Below, one piece after another: positions 1 through 11,990 of a DNA stretch of 64,000 nucleotides. The stretch comes from Camelus dromedarius. Taxonomy: Eukaryota. The DNA lies in NCBI RefSeq assembly GCF_036321535.1, contig NC_087436.1, positions 113,710,001-113,774,000 on the forward strand. The letters run 5' to 3'. Position numbers and translations under genes: made by a program. Position 1 is the stretch's first letter; every line of letters begins with the position of its first letter. Below the pieces are notes generated by a model. It worked only from the letters and a program-made list of their open reading frames with translations. It was not told the origin of the DNA and searched no databases.

Positions 1-460
1 TTGAAATAACCCTCATAATAATGGCATTGCAAAAGTAAACAGCGAGATACCAATTTTCATCAACAAACTGGCAAAAGATTTAAAAATATTGATAACATTG
101 GAAAAGAGGATTGCTAAAGACTACTTGTGGTACAAACTGGTATAACTACTTTGGAGAGTGCTTTGCAAAATGTCTATCTTGTATGATCCAGTACTTTCCG
201 TCCTGAGTATATACCCCAGAGAAATTATCTCATACGTGCACCAGATTGTCCGTAGCATTGCTATTGTGAATAGCAAAACAATAACAACAACATGATAGAC
301 TGGAGACAACTTAAGGGTATATTATTGGGAAGATAAATAATAAGTGATAGACTACTGCACAGCAGTGGAAATGAATACTTAGGAGCTGTAGGTAGTCCTT
401 GGGATAAAGCAATGCTAATGGGACAAAAAAGTTATAGAAGCACACATATAGTGGAATTCT
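1..460 (+). mobile_element. Old L1M (L1ME-like) distal ORF2/3' fragment
   Basis: Degenerate L1 motifs in the expected order: tacaaactggtataactactttggagag, gtatgatccag...ctgagtatataccccagagaaa, agcattgctattgtgaatagcaaaa. Confidence 0.7.
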
Positions 461-1509
461 ATTTATGTACATTTTTAGCTTTTCATTTTGAAATAGTGAT
501 AGATGCCCAAGAAGTTTCAAGAGAGTTCAGTGAGACCCAATGTACTCATTACTTGGCTTCTCTCAATATTATGAAAGCTAGAAAATTGACCTTGGCCTAA
601 TGAAATTACCTAGACTGCAAACCTTACTCAGATTTCACAAGTTTTTATATGCACTCATTTTTAAACATGTATATGGTTTACATGTGTAAGTTCTATGATT
701 TTTTCATTACCATACAGATTTGTATAACCACCACCACAGTTGAGATACAGGATTATTCTTTCACTACATAAGGAATCCCTCATGCTATTCCTTAATAGTC
801 ACAATTTTCCTTTAAACTCTAACAGTAATCTATTCTCCAGCTCTATAATTTTGTCATTTTGAGGGTGTTACATAAAAGGAACCATAGGGTATGCAACCAC
901 ATGAGACTGGATTTTTTTTTAAATCAGTCTGATGCTCTTGAGATCTATCCATCCAATAATTTGTTTCTTTTTATTGGTGAGTAGTATTCCCTTGTGTGAT
1001 GTACCAGAGCTTGTTTAACCATTCACCCCTTGAAGGACATTTGAATTGCTTCCAGTTTGGGGCTATTACAAATAAAGCTGCTATGAATGTTTGCGTATAG
1101 GTTTTAGTGTGAACATATGTTTTCAATTCTCTTGGATAAAGACCCCAGAGAGGCATTACTGGGTCATGTGGTAAATGTATGTTTAACTTCAAAGGAAAGT
1201 ACCAAACTGTTTTCCAGAGAAGCTTACTATATTCCATTCCCTGTAGCAGTTTATGACAGATCCAGTTTCTCCACATGGTTTCCTGCAGTTGATACTGTCA
1301 GTGTTATTTTAGACATTTTAATAGATTTTTAGTGGTATCTCACCAGGGGTTTTAATTTACATTTCTCCAATGTCTAGTGATGTTGAGGATCTTTTAGCAT
1401 GCTTATTTATAATTCACATACCTTGTTTTATAGTATCTGTTCAAGTTTTTTTTCCATTTTTTAATGGATTGTGGTTTTTTTTTTTTTACTGTAAAGTTTG
1501 GGATGATGT

Positions 1510-1534
1510 ACACACACACACACACACACACACA
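1510..1534. repeat. (CA)n microsatellite
   Basis: acacacacacacacacacacacaca. Confidence 0.95.
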
Positions 1535-1943
1535 TATATTCATTCTGGGTAGAAGTACTTTGTCAAGTATGTGATTTGCAAATAGGTTTTCTCATTCAGT
1601 AGTTTTTCTTGCTCTCTAACAGGATTTTTCACAAAGAAGACATTTTTAATTTAGTTTATCCACTTTTAACTTTTTAGGTGTCTCCTACATCATGTCTAGG
1701 AATTCTTTGTTCAACTATAGATCACAGAGATTTTCTCATTTTCTCTTCTAAATGATTTTTAGCTTCACATTTTACTTTTAGACCTATGATTCATTTTGAG
1801 TTAATTTTTGTAGAAAGTATCAGTTTTAGTTTGAGGTTGCTTTTTGCCTTTCAATGTCCAGTTGTTCCAGCACCTTTTGTTGAAAAGACTGCCCTTCCTC
1901 CACTGGGTTGCCTTTGCACTTTTGTCAAAAATAAGTGGAGTAC

Positions 1944-2440
1944 CCCAATGTTCATAGCAGCACTATTTACAATAGCCAAAACATGGAAACAGCCTAAATG
2001 TCCATCAACAGGTTACTGGATAAAGAAGATGTGGTATATTTATACAATGGAATACTACTCAGCCATAAAAACTGACAACATAATGCCATTTGCAGCAACA
2101 TGGATGCTCCAGGAGAATGTCATTCTAAGTGAAGTAAGCCAGAAAGGGAAAGAAAAATACCATATGAGATCGCTCATATGTGGAATCTAAAAAACAAAAA
2201 CAAAAACAAACAAACAAACAAAAACAAAGCATAAATAAAGGACAGAAATAGACTCACAGACAGAGAATACAGACTTGTGGTTACCAGGGGGGTGGAGGGT
2301 GGGAAGGGATAGACTGGGATTTCAAAATTGTAGAATAGACTACACTGTATAGCACAGGGAAATATACACAAAATGTTATGATAACTCACAGAGAAAAAAA
2401 TGTGACAATGAGTGTGTATATGTCCAAAAAAAAAAAAAAA
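1944..2440 (+). mobile_element. Young 5'-truncated L1 (ORF2 C-terminus plus 3'UTR, A tail, TSD)
   Basis: Encodes [20 protein letters not shown]...HMRSLICGI*. A15 at 2426-2440. Flanked by aaaaataagtggagtac (1927-1943) and aaaaatcggtggagtac (2436-2452). Confidence 0.95.
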
Positions 2441-2994
2441 TCGGTGGAGTACAGTTTGGTGGATCTGTTTTGTGTTCTTTACTCCATTACATTGTCTACT
2501 GTCTATTCCTCTACCAATACAACAATGTTTTAATTATGAGTTACATTTTAAGTCTTAAAATTGGATAATCTACTTTACTCTTCCTCTTCAAAATGTTTTT
2601 AAGATAGTCTTTGCTTTGTGTGTAAAATTTAAAATAAGCTTGTCTACAGGTACAAGACTTTTGGTGGGATTTTGGTCAAAATTGTGTTAAATCTATAGAT
2701 CAGCTTGGTTAGAAATGATATCTTTATGATGGTAAGTCTTTCAATTCATTTATATTATATGTCTCCCCATTTAGTTAGATCTTTGCTTTTTCTCACCAGG
2801 ATTTTATAGTTTTTCTACATATATGTCTTATCTGTGTTTTGTTAGGCTTATTCCTAAGTATTTCATATTTAGAGTGATTATAAATGGTTTGTGCTTTTAA
2901 TTTTGGTTTTTGATGGATTACTGAGGGTGTAAAGAAATAATGATTGGGTTTTATGTGTTTACCTGTCCTATGACATATTACCTAATGGGATAAT

Positions 2995-4400
2995 ATATAT
3001 AGGATAATATATATAATGAGTCAATTCTAAAATTAATCTGGAAATAGTAGCTTAAAACAAGACAGAGGAGCAAATGTTTCACCAGATATTAAGGCACAAC
3101 ACACAAAATGGTAATACTAAACACAATGTGTTATTAACATTGGAATAAACAACTCAGTGGGCTTACTCTCTTTATCCTGAATAGAGAAACCACAGACTCA
3201 TGTATATATTCTATAAACTTCATGTATATATTTCATGTGGAAATTGTAATTTCAATTACTGATGAATGGATAGATTTGTTAATAAACAATTTTAGAAATG
3301 TTTTAAAATTGTCACTTAAAATAATTTTAGAAAAGTTGATTTATATTAAAATTAACTTAGAATGCATCTTTGAACAAATAAAATAGTAAATGCCAGATAT
3401 CTAAGAGTGAAAAATAAACATAAGAATTAAAACAAAAGTATTAGAAAGATAGAAGGTGATTTTAAAAAATAATTTTGGAATTGAAAACATTCACAAAAAC
3501 ATAAAACTCAAAAGACATAAAGGAAAGGAATGGTAATGCTATCTCTTAAAAATTAAAAACCTGTTTCACAAAAGCCATCTAACAGAAAATTAAAAAATAA
3601 GTGACAAATTCTGAGAAACAAAATGTAAAACAACATAAAATTTTTTTTTTGGTGTTCTTTTTTTTTAACATTTTTTATTGATTTATAGTCATTTTACAAT
3701 GTTGTGTCAAATTCCAGTGTTCAGCACAATTTTTCAGTCATTCATGGACATATACACACTCATTTTCACATTTTTTTCTCTGTGAGTTATCATAACATTT
3801 TGTGTATATTTCCCTGTGCTATACAGTGTAGTCTATTCTACAATTTTGAAATCCCAGTCTATCCCTTCCCACCCTCCACCCCCCTGGTAACCACAAGTCT
3901 GTATTCTCTGTCTGTGAGTCTATTTCTGTCCTTTATTTATGCTTTGTTTTTGTTTGTTTGTTTGTTTTTGTTTTTGTTTTTTAGATTCCACATATGAGCG
4001 ATCTCATATGGTATTTTTCTTTCTCTTTCTGGACACAACATAAAATTAATATACAAAATATATAATTAATACTTATAAACTAAAAAAGGGGAAATATTTA
4101 TGAACAACTTACCAAAAATAAATACAATGACCAATATGAATTTTTATTAGTAATAAATAAAATTATTTTATTTTACTCTTAGTTTGTCAAAAAATTTAGA
4201 GAACTGGCACTCCCTAGTGATTATGTTAGGGAGAGGACAAAGCTATTCTCAAAAACTACTATAGGGATGTAAAATGGGAATGTAAGACTTCATGGAAGAG
4301 GCAGTATAAAAAAATGAAAAGATTATGACTTTCAACAGAAATCAGGAAAAGTTAAAGAAAACAAATAAAATTGAAATGCCAGAAATAAAGTTGAAATGTG
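2995..4400 (+). mobile_element. Highly degenerate old L1M fragments hosting the 3641-4032 insertion
   Basis: A-rich strand bias and remnants such as attctaaaattaatctggaa, ccagatattaag, aattaaaaacct...aaaagccat. Confidence 0.55.
3641..4032 (-). mobile_element. Young 5'-truncated L1 3'UTR with TSD
   Basis: Reverse complement of 2139-2426 plus the full 3' end with AATAAA. TSD acaacataaaatt at 3630-3642 and 4035-4047. Confidence 0.95.
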
Positions 4401-4499
4401 ATAATAATAAAATTCAATGTGTTAAATTACTATTTTAAAGGACAAAGATTCTTTTTTAAATATCTTTTAGGTTAAAGAGGGGACATTTTTTCCATTAGA

Positions 4500-5890
4500 A
4501 CTTTGAGTCCATTGCTGTGCAATTTTTTGATACTTGGTACTGATGCTGAAAAGACTCACTAGGTAATAGTCTTATTTTTGTTCTTTTGTATGTGATTTAT
4601 GTTTTTTTCTTTAGGAAGTTAATCACTGATGTATATTTTATGAAAATATGTTAATATGTCGGACTTTTTAAAAATTAATTATGCTCATCTATTTGTCGAC
4701 CCTTTCAATTTGAAAGTTTGCTCGTTTATTTTGAGATTATTCTAATTTATATGTATTTATTTTTCTTAATTGCTTCCTTTGTTTTATCATTCTAGGACCC
4801 CACCTAAGACATTCTGTAATGATTCTTTATATTTCGTTTCTATAAGCTGAATTTTGTTTCCTGGTGTTTTTGTTCTGTCTTAGAAATTTTTCTTAATCTT
4901 ATTTTCCATATTTTCTACTTTTTTTAATGCATAGTTTTATTCTTTAAGAAAGAATCTTTGTTCTCTATTTGTTTCCTTTTCTCTTATTTGGTCCCTGGTT
5001 TGTAGATACAATCTTTTTCAATCTCCCTGAAGATACAAATGAGAGGTTTTAAAAGTTCTCTACTGTTCCCCGAGTTACCTCTGTTTACTCTTGTTGCAGT
5101 GTTTTTTTCATCTATTCAAGTCTTTCTCTTTCATGATCCTGCTTCTTTTTATTTACTTAGTGATCTTTGAGTTCATGTTTACACTTAAGAAGAAAGCCTG
5201 AGTAGCTACTATGGGTTTTCTTTTCACTTTTTCTTAAAAGGTCTCACATCTAAGTGGAAGTTTTGGGTGGAAAGGAAATATCAAGGCAAAACATTTTTAA
5301 AAGGATCATTGCATAGGGAAAAAAGCTTCGGGTCTACTGGGCTCCTAATGAAGGTTGAGGAAGCAATGTTTTTTAGCCAATACCCACATAAGAAAACTCA
5401 GCTTTTCCCACACAGTTTATTCAACCTCTTTAGAAAACAGACCCCACTTCATAACTATGCATAGATTGGTATCAGTCTGTCTCTTGCTGTGCAAGAAGAA
5501 AGGCACAGTTAAGTAGACCTTGAATTATTTTCCCTATTTTCATCTCCACTTCTCATTCCTCTCTTCCACTGCACTTACTGACCCTGAGTTACAGATGTTC
5601 TGAGTCCCAGTGAAGATCGGCTCTCACTTCCACTGTAACCTCCTAAGGATAAACTCTGGATTGTCACTCTATCTAAATATTCATCCATTAACTCTATTTT
5701 CTTCTATTTGGTAATTTGCTGAAATCTCTTCACTGCCATCAGTTGTGACTCCTTCTAATCTGGTTCTTTGTTTTCTGATATGAATGTATTCCTTTTTTTG
5801 TATTTCTTACATTTTATATCAGTGAAGTCTCATGAGAGTTACAAGGTAAACATAGAAACTGATTCCCCCGCCTTGAGCCAGACAGTCCTC
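4500..5890 (-). mobile_element. Degenerate HAL1/old L1 5'-ORF1-like region
   Basis: T-rich strand bias and motifs such as tagatacaatctttttcaatctccctgaagatacaaatgagagg, recalled from HAL1-type consensus. Low certainty. Confidence 0.4.
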
Positions 5891-8179
5891 ATCTATTGAG
5901 TGAATGAATAAATGCTTGGATTCACAAAAGAATGCATTGAGCAAATGAGTGAGAATTAGACAGAATTTGAAAACAAATCAAATATCCGAACAGAGTGTAT
6001 AATCAATTGAGATAACAAAATCAGAACAAGACTTTCAGGTTATGATAAATTCAATTCAAGAAATGTTTTTCAGAATGCTTGAAACACTTTGGTCTTTACT
6101 TTGAGCAGGCACTCAATCCATGAGGTGGAATGGAACTGAACACATCTGCTCTCACCAGCTAGTATTCTCAGAGTAATTTTTGTCCCATTGATCAGTGACA
6201 ATCTCAGAAGATTCCACCAAGAACAATTTTTTGGTTGTTGCAATAATCTGGCCAAATGCCACTTGTGCCTTTCTGAACTCATCTCTTGCTCATGCTTTAT
6301 TCATGGGATCAGGAAGGAATTTGGAATAGACACAGATCCAGCTTTCGTCTGTCCTCTCTTTCCTAAGCCCTGCAATCTGGCCATGTTTCATTCACCCAAT
6401 TCTCTATTCTTGAGCTTTTGATCTCCATGCTACTGTTCACGTCTCCCTAGAATTTGTTCCTTCATTCTGACCCATAAGCAACACAAATTGAGGCAGTTGC
6501 CTTACTTACAAAGGTATTTATAATGGCTATGCTGTCCCCAGATTGACCATTTTTGACTGCTACCCTCTGTGTCAGTTGGGTGTTCTCTCCTGAGAATTTA
6601 AACACAGTAGCAGAGATGTCTTATTGTGAAATGCAACTGAAAGCTAGTTATTTCTTAATTGGATCTTAGAAAGAAGAGTTATGTTCTTTTGTTGCTGACA
6701 TCTCCATGCAGGCCCTGGCTCCTGGCTTTCTTCAAGCTTGGTATTTCAATTCTTTCTTTATTCATCTTTCCAACAAATTATTCATTTTCTTTAAGAGAAC
6801 CATTTAAAATGGCTTTTTTTTTTTTCTTTCTGGTACGTGCAATCCAGCAACTTTAACCTAACTTAAACTCCATCTCCTCAAGTCTATCCTTGCCTGCCAA
6901 GTTCAAAGTCTTTCTCTGCAGGGAAATTTCATGGCCTCATAAAGTAGAAGCTTTCTCCATAATACTCAGATCTCAAAGTCCTTTGCTTTCACTTCTCTTG
7001 TGGCAACCAACACTCAGATATTGTCTGAAGTATATTTACATCTGATGAGTATCCCCCGATATGAGAGCAGTGGTTCATGGAAGACATGATTTGAATAATA
7101 ATAATATTTTCCTCTTTGTGTCTCATATGATATTTGCACACACGAATGCTCAAAAAACCAATACTTTGGCTTATTAACTTACATGTTAGAAAAGAGCTTC
7201 CTCAACTAGGTAGAAGATACTGAGAGTGACATTTGTTCAGAACCATTTTATTTTATTTTTAAAATTTTTTCTTTGTCATATTGTTCACTTTTATTTTGTA
7301 ATAGGTACAACACTACTTTCAAACTATCTGACCATTGGTCTTCCTCAAGACAGTCACTCCTGAAATCAAAGGCAGAATACCAAGAGCCTACTGTGTGCTA
7401 TGTGCTTTTTACCAAAAGAGGAAAACTAGTCCTTATCTTCCCTGGGGGCTCAGATCCCAGCTTTTCAGTCACACACTCAACAGACCAGATAGCAGAAGCC
7501 ATTTTATTAATAGCAACTGCCTTCCTATTAAGTGTACCCTTACGCGATCTCATGCTGTTCTCTTAACCATGCTGAAAAGTAGATAATATTGTGACCACTT
7601 TCTAGAAAAGGAAAAGAATATTCAGGGAGGTGAAATAAATTATGCAAAGTTTCGCACTGATTCAGACGTGGACTGTGCTTGAATCACAGTTCTGTCTATA
7701 AAATTTGTTTTCTGTTTTTGATAGGGCTCACACGTTCTCTGACAAGAGGTTGGTTCTAGCCCAGTCACAACTGCAATTCCTGGGCACTCGAAGGAGCAAG
7801 AGGGCTGAGAGCAAGTGAAGGGGAAATTTCCTTGCCTGTTCTGCAAGCTTCTCGTTCCCTCAGCACTGAAACCAACTAGCAAACGAAGTGCTCATGAGAA
7901 GCAAACTATTCACGTATTCTGGTGAAAGAGTAAGTACAATCAGTTTTGTTAGCCCTCATTGTTCCACAATGGATTAAACCGTTATTGCAAAGTAGACGAT
8001 GTTTTGAAAGGGGTCCCAGAAGGATTAAGCAAATGACGAAGGAAAATATTAAGTTATTCAACCCTGGGAAATAAGAAGAAGTGGTTTTTATGTTTTTAAG
8101 ACTGGACCAGTATCATCATCAGTATGAACACCCACAGGCAAGTATGTTTGTGGGTCTATTAGACTCCAGACATTGAGAG

Positions 8180-8310
8180 TCCATGAACTACATTTGTGAA
8201 CTATCATCAGAGAAAGGAATTTTTATCCCCATCTTAAAGATTAAGAAACTGAGGTTCAGAAAAAAATGCGTTGCTCCTCTTCAGACAGAGTGGAAGAGTC
8301 AGAATACACA
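8180..8310 (-). mobile_element. MIR fragment
   Basis: ttttatccccatcttaaagattaagaaactgaggttcagaaa resembles the MIR core (antisense). Confidence 0.75.
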
Positions 8311-9984
8311 CTTATGGTGTGTTTTATTCTCAGATGCTTTTTCACTGTGTTGCATTGTGTTGGTAGAAATCATATGATTAAAGGGTAATAATGAAAGTGA
8401 AAGTCGAGATGTAGGTCTACTACACAGAGACTGCTGATGAGCAGTTGTGTGCAACCCCCATGTCAGCCCTCCACTGGGGCACGACAGGGCTCTTCTGATT
8501 CCATCCTGGATGACACTTTGATAAAGAAGGTGCAGAGATGAGGACAAGTGGTTTATGAAGGTGGCTGGTAGAATAAAAGAGGAGGGATTGTAATTCACAT
8601 GAGTAATGAAAGAGATGAGTTTAAAACAGTCAATGGAAGTACAAATGCTCTGAAAAAAAAAAAACTAAAGGGGAAAAATAGTGAAGGTGAAATTGCTCAT
8701 GAGAAAAGATTTAAAAACACATTTCATAACTGCAGGAAGGAATGAAGAGGCCTGACCAGCTATTCACTGAGAGATGACTGAGGATTTAGCTGATTGGCAA
8801 GCCTTCTGTACACTAGTGGAAGTGATCTACTGAATGAGTAGAATCTGACCTTGATAGGCCTTCATTTCTTCACAGTGGACAATCCCAGGTGAACTATTTC
8901 ATTCTTATGCTCCTTTAGGATAAATACAGACAAACCAGAGACTTGAGAGATTCTGTGCTTGCTCATTTGCACATTCTAGTCCCTCTGGTTAAAATGATTT
9001 TTCCCTGGTGCCACCCAGTGAAGCCAACTGGCCCTTCAAGGCTCCTTTCAGATGTCTTCTCCCCTACACAGATCTTCCTTGTCATCTCCAGGCAGAAGAC
9101 ACTGCCAGGAAAGGAATGACCACAGACAGAATTTGTGGGGGTGTGTCTCCCCACTGGGCAGGGATTCATACCTGACAGTGTCCAAATCCATGTCTTGTGC
9201 CACATGATCCTATGAGGTGCTCCCCAAGCATTACTGGTCATTGTCATTATGTAACTTTAGCTCATATGCCCAGCAAAACATTTTCTGAAGATTTAACTAA
9301 TACCCGGTATGTCAATGAGTCAGCAATGAAGGCTCAAGATTTTGTTTATGCTTTGGGCTTTTAAACCTCTCTGTACCCATGTAATGTAATAAAAGGGCAT
9401 GTTCTCTTGGTGGGCTACAATGCTCCGATCCAGATCGATGCAATCTGAGCTGTGTCAACTAGTATATTGTGAAATATTGGATTTCACAGAAAGACAGAGG
9501 CTCAATTTATTTTTCAGCTGGAGTGCCCATCTAATCAGAAGAAGAGGCCCACCGCAGATTTTTCTTTAGACATGATACCTAAGGAAGATGAAAGTGCAGT
9601 TACATTCTGCTGTTGTGCAGCCGTTTGAAAGCAGTTAAAGCAGGTGTTCGAGGCAGAGAACTCGGAGACAATGATGCCTCACAAACAATGAGTTGTGGAA
9701 CACGGAGCTAGCGAGAGGGATGGGTATTTCTAAGATGATGACAAGCAACAATAGGCTTGGGAGTCATTACAAGTGTCTATCAGGCATCAGTCAAACAATA
9801 ATTCTGTTTGTTTGTTGGGAGCCAGTGAACTTATGGAGAAAACACTTTCATCTTGAGTGAACATAATTGCTTCCTGAAAATAGATTCTGATGAGTGAATT
9901 GAGACTACTCCCTTCTAGCTGTAGCCTTTTAGAGTTTTTTTTCTCTTTTTTAAAAGAATTTACAAAGCATTTTCCTACACACTA

Positions 9985-10140
9985 TCTCAAGAACTGTTTT
10001 GAGCACTGTGCCAGGTGCTGGCAATGCCATGTCAAGCAAAAGCAGACGTGATTGATGCCCTGGAGAAGGCAGTCATGCAGTGGGGCAAATAGACATTAAA
10101 CAAATAATCACACAAGCAAGCATGACATTGAAATTGCTTT
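9985..10140 (-). mobile_element. L2 3' fragment
   Basis: ttgagcactgtgccaggtgctgg...aagcagacgtg...gacattaaacaaataatcacac. Confidence 0.7.
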
Positions 10141-11764
10141 TATTACACCAGTACTTTAAAAATTAAGTCCACTAGAAGTGCTTCTGAAACAGCTGTGGGA
10201 TTAAGGCAGTTCAAATGAATGGTTCTGGTTCCTCATCTCTGTTCCAACAGCACTTAGATTTTGTTTGATGTGCTAATGTTTGTAATAAACTTTTGCTGGA
10301 ATAAAATGTTTTGTTGCATACAAAATGCCAAGGACCTGTGAACTCTGCATTTAGGAGTGTGGGTAATATTCTACATGCTAAAGCGATTGTGTTTTCATGG
10401 GGCACTGCTGTTTCTACACAGAGCACTTCTGTGTTTATCCTCTTGAATGCCACCATACTGAGCCTGGAGAAGTATCTGAATTCCCTCAGGGAGTGGAGTC
10501 CATTCTCTCAGACTCCCAGTTTGGCTCCAGCAGCTGGGTTTCAGTGTGGGATGGCCATCTGGCTCAGCAAACCAGACAGACCCACCAACTGGGGCCCCTG
10601 CAGCCCTCACTTGGTGTTGGGTGCCCAGCGCAGCATTTCTGTGCAGATGAGGTAGCTGACCTGTGCAAGACAAGCCCTCCCTCCTTACAAATCTCCCTGC
10701 AGTCTGATCGCCCTTGCAAAGGTCAACCATATTACCTTGACTTTTGGCTCATCTGACCTTCAGCTTTCCTGAATCTTTTCTTTAGAGTTGGCTACAGGGA
10801 TTAATTACAGAGGGAGCGGCTAATCACACTCACTAAGCCCTTGACTTCAGTGTGCTTCCCAGGATTGGCCTGGTCAGTCTGAAAAGAAGGTACAGTAACT
10901 GACAACAGCAATTTCCTGCACCTTTTCTAGTGTCACCCTGATCAGCCCCTACTATGGAAGATCCCCATCCTTCCAGAGGATCCATGCAAGAAAGTAGAAG
11001 AATTGTCTTCTGTATCAGTCATCTAGGAGACACTTGTAACACTCAGTGGGCTTTGGGGAAAATTTAGGCAATGGATGGGTGAGTTCGCTCTCAACCTTTT
11101 CCCCTCGTCTGTAAATGGGCTGAGCCACGTGGTCCCGAGCTAGCTCTACCAGCGATACAATTCAGTGTCTCTCTGGCACAAACTTTAACAATCATGGTCC
11201 TCATATTTTCAGCTTAATTCATTGAATCTGTCTTACTTAGACCCTTTGACTATTAATCTCTTGCTCTACAAGGTGACTTATAATCCAGGTTTCACAGAAT
11301 TGGGAAAGTCAGGGAGGGTGATAGATATGGGTTCACCCTACTTCTCATCACCAACAGCTTTCCCCTGCTTATTCTTGCCCTTGACCTCTTTTCATCTCTC
11401 CTTGTTACTCTCCTCCTCCTCCTTCACCATTCACTATAGCCCTTCTCTTTGCTTTCAATAGCACTGAAATCATGCCATCTTTAAAAATCTCTAATAATGT
11501 TGCATTTAGAGCCTGCATCACATGATTTAATAGTGACTCACTGGTCATACATCCCTATTGTCACTCCTTTATCATTTATGTATTGAACTGCTTCTAAATA
11601 CAAATCTCGAGGACAAGCCTTGGGAGACAGCAGGAGGTAACTCTGCCTGCAAAGAGTTTTCAGTCTTCCCGGAAGGCCGGCTTCAGGGACGTAATTTCAA
11701 TAATGAGCGAAAAATGTTTGCTAGGATATTTAGCCATGGGACTCTATTGTTTATAGATAGAGAT

Positions 11765-11990
11765 CTGAATGATTCATTCCATATTAATTCAACACCTACA
11801 GACTTAGTTCCAACTGTGTCCCAGGTCTTATTCTAGGCACTAGGTAATTCAACAGTTAGCAAAACAGGAAAAAGTACCTGTCCTCTTGAAGGTTGTATTC
11901 TATCTCTGATCTGGCCCTGGGGCATGGTGAATGAGAGGAAGAGTGGAAGGGATGAGGCTAGAGTTTGGCCAGAGTTCAGAGTGTTCTAGT
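11765..11990 (-). mobile_element. L2 fragment
   Basis: attcattcc...ctgtgtcccagg...ttctaggcactagg...aaaacagg...cctgtcctcttgaag. Confidence 0.65.

Larger units (their letters stand above)
470..2990 (-). mobile_element. Old L1M (L1MC/MD-like) 3' region, interrupted by a young L1 at about 1944-2440
   Basis: ORF 971..1276(-) reads LWKTVW...HDPVMPLWGLYPRELKTYVHTKT..FIAALFVIAPNWKQ (L1 ORF2 C-terminus). Antisense L1 motifs continue on both sides of the young insertion. Confidence 0.9.

Noticed and set aside
1786..2190. 134-aa ORF ending in an intact L1 ORF2 C-terminus
   Set aside because: Chance in-frame fusion of antisense old L1 sequence with the truncated young L1. No promoter or splice evidence.
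10211..10756. Four overlapping ORFs of 81-119 aa
   Set aside because: No recognisable protein similarity or convincing exon boundaries. Expected in locally GC-richer sequence.
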